From contig NW_021836326.1 in NCBI RefSeq assembly GCF_006345805.1, positions 1 to 24,555 on the forward strand: 24,555 nt of DNA, in the 5' to 3' direction. The stretch comes from Octopus sinensis (taxonomy: Eukaryota). Below, in pieces: positions 23,231-24,555 of the stretch. Position 1 is the first letter of the stretch. Every line of letters starts with the position of its first letter. The notes under the pieces were generated by a model that had not been told where the DNA came from, did not search any database, and saw nothing but the letters and a program-made list of their open reading frames with translations. The position numbers and the translations under genes are program-made.

Positions 23231-23589
23231 GCGCAGGAGTGGCTGTGTGGTAAGTAGCTTGCTTACCAACCACATGATTCCGGGTTCAGTCCCACTGCGT
23301 GGCACCTTGGGCAAGTGTCTTCTACTATAGTCTCGGGCTGATCAAAGCCTTGTGAGTGGATTTGGTTGACGGAAACTTAAAGAAGCCTGTCGTATATATG
23401 AATATGTATATATATATATATGTGTGAGTGTTTGTGTCTGCCCAAACATTGCTTGACAACCAATGCTGGTGTGTTCACGTTCCCGTAACTTAGCCAAAGA
23501 GACGGGCTCGATTTGCTAGCCTAAAGGCGGTGCTCCAGCATGGCCACAATCAAATGACTGAAACAAGTAAACGAGTAAGGGAGTAAAAG
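23231..23589 (+). mobile_element. tRNA-derived SINE with a CORE-like ccttgggcaagtg motif, internal TA/TG repeat and (gtaaaaga)-type tail
   Basis: A box tggctgtgtggtaag, B box gggttcagtccc. Candidate TSD agagcatag at 23222-23230 and 23590-23598; part of it (catag) also precedes the other copy's head, so its exact length is uncertain. Confidence 0.85.
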
Positions 23590-24007
23590 AGAGCATAGAA
23601 CTGACGGAGCTCCAACGGGTAGCCATACGGTTGCGAATGTGGTGGTGGTGATGGGGCAGTGAGTAGTATTTACGATGCTGATGGTTTGGTAGGAGCTGAG
23701 TTTGGAGGTGAGAAATAGCTGAAAGGTGTTTGATGTGTCTGTTTGTCGGCTGGGAATGTATGAAAAGGATGAAACTAGTTGATGTAAACAAATTGAAAAT
23801 TGCAAAAGATTTCTGCATCGGCGTTTCAGTAAGGAATTTGTTTCCACTATGTCCCTTGCAATGCTTTCTGTTATCTCCCACAACTTTTCTTATCTGTTAT
23901 AAGGGACATGTAGACGTTCAATAAAAGATTATCTCTCTTCCATATACTTCTTTCAACAAAAAGGCACAAGGTCTAAAATTTTTTGTTAGGTTGGGGCTTG
24001 TATTGAT

Positions 24008-24144
24008 GGTATTTATTTTATTGACCTGAAACAAGGATGAAAGGTAAAGTCGACTTAGCGGAATTTGAACTCAGAAACGTAAAAGAAGAAATACCGCTAA
24101 GAATGTTGTCCGACTTGCTGACGATTCTTCCAGCTCGCTGCCCT
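24008..24144 (-). mobile_element. Diverged partial copy of the Meta-type SINE (head plus core)
   Basis: aaggatgaaaggtaaagtcgacttagcggaatttgaactcag...ccagctcgctgcc aligns to 2422-2532. Confidence 0.8.
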
Positions 24145-24165
24145 GGCGTTTCCGATATAATGCTA

Positions 24166-24494
24166 TTGGGTTGGTGCATAATTATTGCGGTTTTTTTTCA
24201 ACAAATTTTAACAAAAACAATATTTAACAAAAATATCTTTAAATGACGGTCTGACCTTCTGCCAAGCAAATGGGAAGCAGTAATTGAAGAAGATGGTGAA
24301 TATGCTCCAGAATAATCATTTAACGATGTTTTTGTTACATGTTGTTATTGTTTTTGTTGAATCTACTTCAATTACTTCAATTACTGCTTTCCATTTGCTT
24401 GGCAGACGGTCAGACCGCCATTTAAAGATGTTTTTGTCAAATATTGTTATTGTTTTTGTTGAAAAAAAGCCGCAGTAATTGTGCACCAACCCAA
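24166..24494. mobile_element. Mariner-derived fold-back MITE with TA TSD
   Basis: TIRs ttgggttggtgcataattattgcgg and ccgcagtaattgtgcaccaacccaa are Hsmar1/MADE1-like. TA at 24164-24165 and 24495-24496. Encodes LPSKWEAVIEEDGEY, a mariner transposase C-terminus. Confidence 0.85.
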
Positions 24495-24555
24495 TAAAAA
24501 ACAACATAAAAACATGTGACAAAAGCTACACCCTCGTAGCTGTGAGGATAGCTTG

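Overview
Eukaryotic, repeat-saturated window with no host gene that I can support. The SINE types and the dense (TA)n/(TCTA)n/(TATG)n microsatellites suggest a coleoid cephalopod, probably Octopus (inference). It holds four plus-strand copies of one L1/Tx1-clade LINE (685-2788, 14145-15274, 15366-16858, 16871-20875). Every intact end of these copies abuts a (TCTA)n array in the same orientation, and three copies are stacked in one compound microsatellite. Also present: a full-length minus-strand RTE LINE with a 12-bp target-site duplication (2957-6867), several tRNA-derived SINEs, Penelope-type minimal hammerhead motifs, and a mariner-derived fold-back MITE. The best candidate for an undescribed system is a (TCTA/GATA)n-targeting Tx1 retrotransposon whose 3' tail is shared with a tRNA-headed Meta-type SINE (2304-2533), i.e. 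a probable LINE/SINE partner pair. All alignments were done by eye and no database was searched.
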